A DNA stretch of 6,160 bases from a virus. The stretch covers positions 1-6,160 of IMG/VR virus record IMGVR_UViG_3300020026_000001. One strand, 5' to 3'. A model generated the notes under the pieces. It made no database searches and was not told the origin of the DNA. It saw only the letters and a program-made list of their open reading frames with translations. The number at the start of each line of letters is the position of its first letter. Position 1 is the stretch's first letter. The position numbers were made by a program, and so were the translations under genes. Of this stretch, positions 4,991-6,160 are shown one piece after another.

Positions 4991-6160
4991 TTAACGATTA
5001 GACAAACGGGTTGCAAATGTTTTATTAACCAGGTTCTTCTTCTGAACAGAATACGAAAGATTGACAAAGAAGTTATCTTCCAGCTTGGAGGAAAACGGGG
5101 AGTTTACCTGATCAATATCCACGAACAAAAGGGAATAATACTTATTATAGCTCGCCGACAGAACACGCTGTTGAACCCAATAAGAATAAAGAGGGATACT
5201 GTTATAGGCTTTTTGGAATCGAGACAGCTGGCCAAGAACCTCGTCAAACGAGGACCGAAACTCATTGAAACACGGTTCGTAAGCCACAGCTTCTGAGGCC
5301 GATGTGGTTCCGAATCCGAATTGGAATCCGGGAACATCCTGGTACCCAATATCATTATAGATCGGATTAAAATAATCGGCACCAGTATAATGGAGATAGT
5401 CAGGGTAAACACCTGCCCAATAGTAGACGGGGCGAATGCTCAGCATATCAATCATATAGCCAGGCTCGCGGAAGTAATAAGACTGTCGGCGACCAAGACG
5501 ATCATTGAAGGCGATAGCACCACCTTGCTGTCCCAAGGGACCATTTAAGCTCGAACCGGAAAAATTGTTTCCTCCAGCCTGATTCATCACAACCTGAACG
5601 TTAACAGTCTGAGATGCGCTAAACAACAATTTGGGCCGATCGACGTGTTCGATTTTCGAAGCAAAAAAGGTTTCCAACCAGTCACTGTAACGAGAACCTC
5701 CAGCGCCAAGCAAATCCTTGTATTCTTGAAGACGCGAAGCAATAGCCAGCTGCGGTACGGTTGAGACGCCGGACATGGAGACGCCTTCGGAGCTACCAAC
5801 AGGAAGCAATCGACTATAACGATCGGGATTCGAAGGTATAACGGCCATCGGATGGGCGACAAGGAACGATCCAAGCGTAGTAAGAGTCGTAGCGGCAGCG
5901 CCAGTAGCGAATTGACTTGCAGGACCCGCGGTAGTCAGCGTAGTATTTCCGGGATAGATGGTAGAGACGGGGTAGCCATCCTTAGATGCGGTAATCGTAG
6001 CGCCAAGGTCTGAAAGCAATATCTGAGAAAAAAGATTTCCTCGGTTATATGTATTGTTCGACGACGACACAGCCGAAGGATAGAACTGACTCTCAAAATA
6101 AGCATCGAGGAATTCGAGATTTCCGAATCTTTGCGAGAAAAACCTCGACACGTCGCCGAA
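4991..6160 (-). CDS. VP1: Major capsid protein VP1, C-terminal part (5' end lies across the junction; full gene is 742..1 joined to 6039..4991, 596 aa)
   Basis: This is the longest ORF in the window. It is open to the window edge and stops with TAA at 4993..4991. The 'M' the track places at 6151 is really an internal GTG (Val) codon. The joined length of 596 aa fits large-type microvirus capsid proteins. Confidence 0.92.
   Translation of the reverse strand, partial: FGDVSRFFSQRFGNLEFLDAYFESQFYPSAVSSSNNTYNRGNLFSQILLSDLGATITASKDGYPVSTIYPGNTTLTTAGPASQFATGAAATTLTTLGSFLVAHPMAVIPSNPDRYSRLLPVGSSEGVSMSGVSTVPQLAIASRLQEYKDLLGAGGSRYSDWLETFFASKIEHVDRPKLLFSASQTVNVQVVMNQAGGNNFSGSSLNGPLGQQGGAIAFNDRLGRRQSYYFREPGYMIDMLSIRPVYYWAGVYPDYLHYTGADYFNPIYNDIGYQDVPGFQFGFGTTSASEAVAYEPCFNEFRSSFDEVLGQLSRFQKAYNSIPLYSYWVQQRVLSASYNKYYSLLFVDIDQVNSPFSSKLEDNFFVNLSYSVQKKNLVNKTFATRLSNR
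6040..6160. repeat. Terminal direct repeat, copy 2 (identical to 1..121)
   Basis: Same comparison as copy 1. The repeat runs to the last base of the window. Confidence 0.95.

Noticed and set aside
10-5548. Eleven plus-strand ORFs of 60-159 aa: 10..300, 92..274, 527..721, 758..1201, 1259..1621, 2404..2598, 2748..3188, 3462..3941, 3652..3975, 4743..4928 and 5321..5548.
   Set aside because: Each lies antisense to a well-supported minus-strand gene. Their sequences are low-complexity or Arg/Ser/Thr-rich shadow translations with no recognisable motifs. Microviruses transcribe one strand only.
460-5874. Eight same-strand overlapping ORFs encoding very hydrophobic, Leu-rich peptides: 460..717, 859..1218, 1219..1458, 1785..1976, 3575..3928, 4729..5067, 5104..5412 and 5587..5874. 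They raise the question of an overprinted lysis gene like phiX174 E.
   Set aside because: All eight are in the +1 frame of their host gene (start coordinates checked modulo 3). Their second codon position is therefore the host gene's third position, which is T-rich. That generates hydrophobic, stop-poor frames genome-wide. A systematic compositional effect explains them better than eight real genes. An overprinted gene cannot be excluded; checking whether synonymous variation is suppressed in relatives would test it. None of the eight stands out from the others.
6149-6151. The 'M' start the ORF track places at 6151 for the capsid ORF.
   Set aside because: The codon is GTG and is internal. 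The frame continues upstream across the circular junction for 210 more codons to ATG 742.

Overview
This window is a complete circular ssDNA phage genome of the family Microviridae, linearised inside its capsid gene. Bases 1..121 are identical to 6040..6160, so the unit length is 6039 nt. All credible genes lie on the minus strand, as expected for a microvirus whose packaged strand has mRNA sense. In transcription order they are: a 66-aa ORF (2016..1816); the Rep/VP4 initiator (1816..746); the major capsid protein VP1 (742..1, continuing 6039..4991; 596 aa once joined); an acidic 98-aa ORF (4978..4682); a 63-aa predicted lipoprotein (4452..4261); the VP2 pilot/minor capsid protein (4259..2997); and two small unrecognised ORFs (2915..2595 and 2583..2260). 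Three non-coding gaps split the circle into blocks. Two of them (2017..2259 and 4453..4681) are G+C-rich hairpin clusters. The third (2916..2996) carries a perfect Bacteroides-type promoter motif. None of the eight ATGs has a Shine-Dalgarno sequence. Together with the 6.0-kb size and the long VP2, this points to a Bacteroidota-infecting, Alpavirinae-like lineage rather than a gokushovirus, but that is inference only. I see no multi-gene defence or other cellular system. The items worth follow-up are the promoter-to-terminator two-ORF cassette, the tiny lipoprotein coupled to VP2, and the structured intergenic regions, one of which holds an ambiguous arginine-rich ORF. All family calls rest on motifs read by eye; no homology search was possible.
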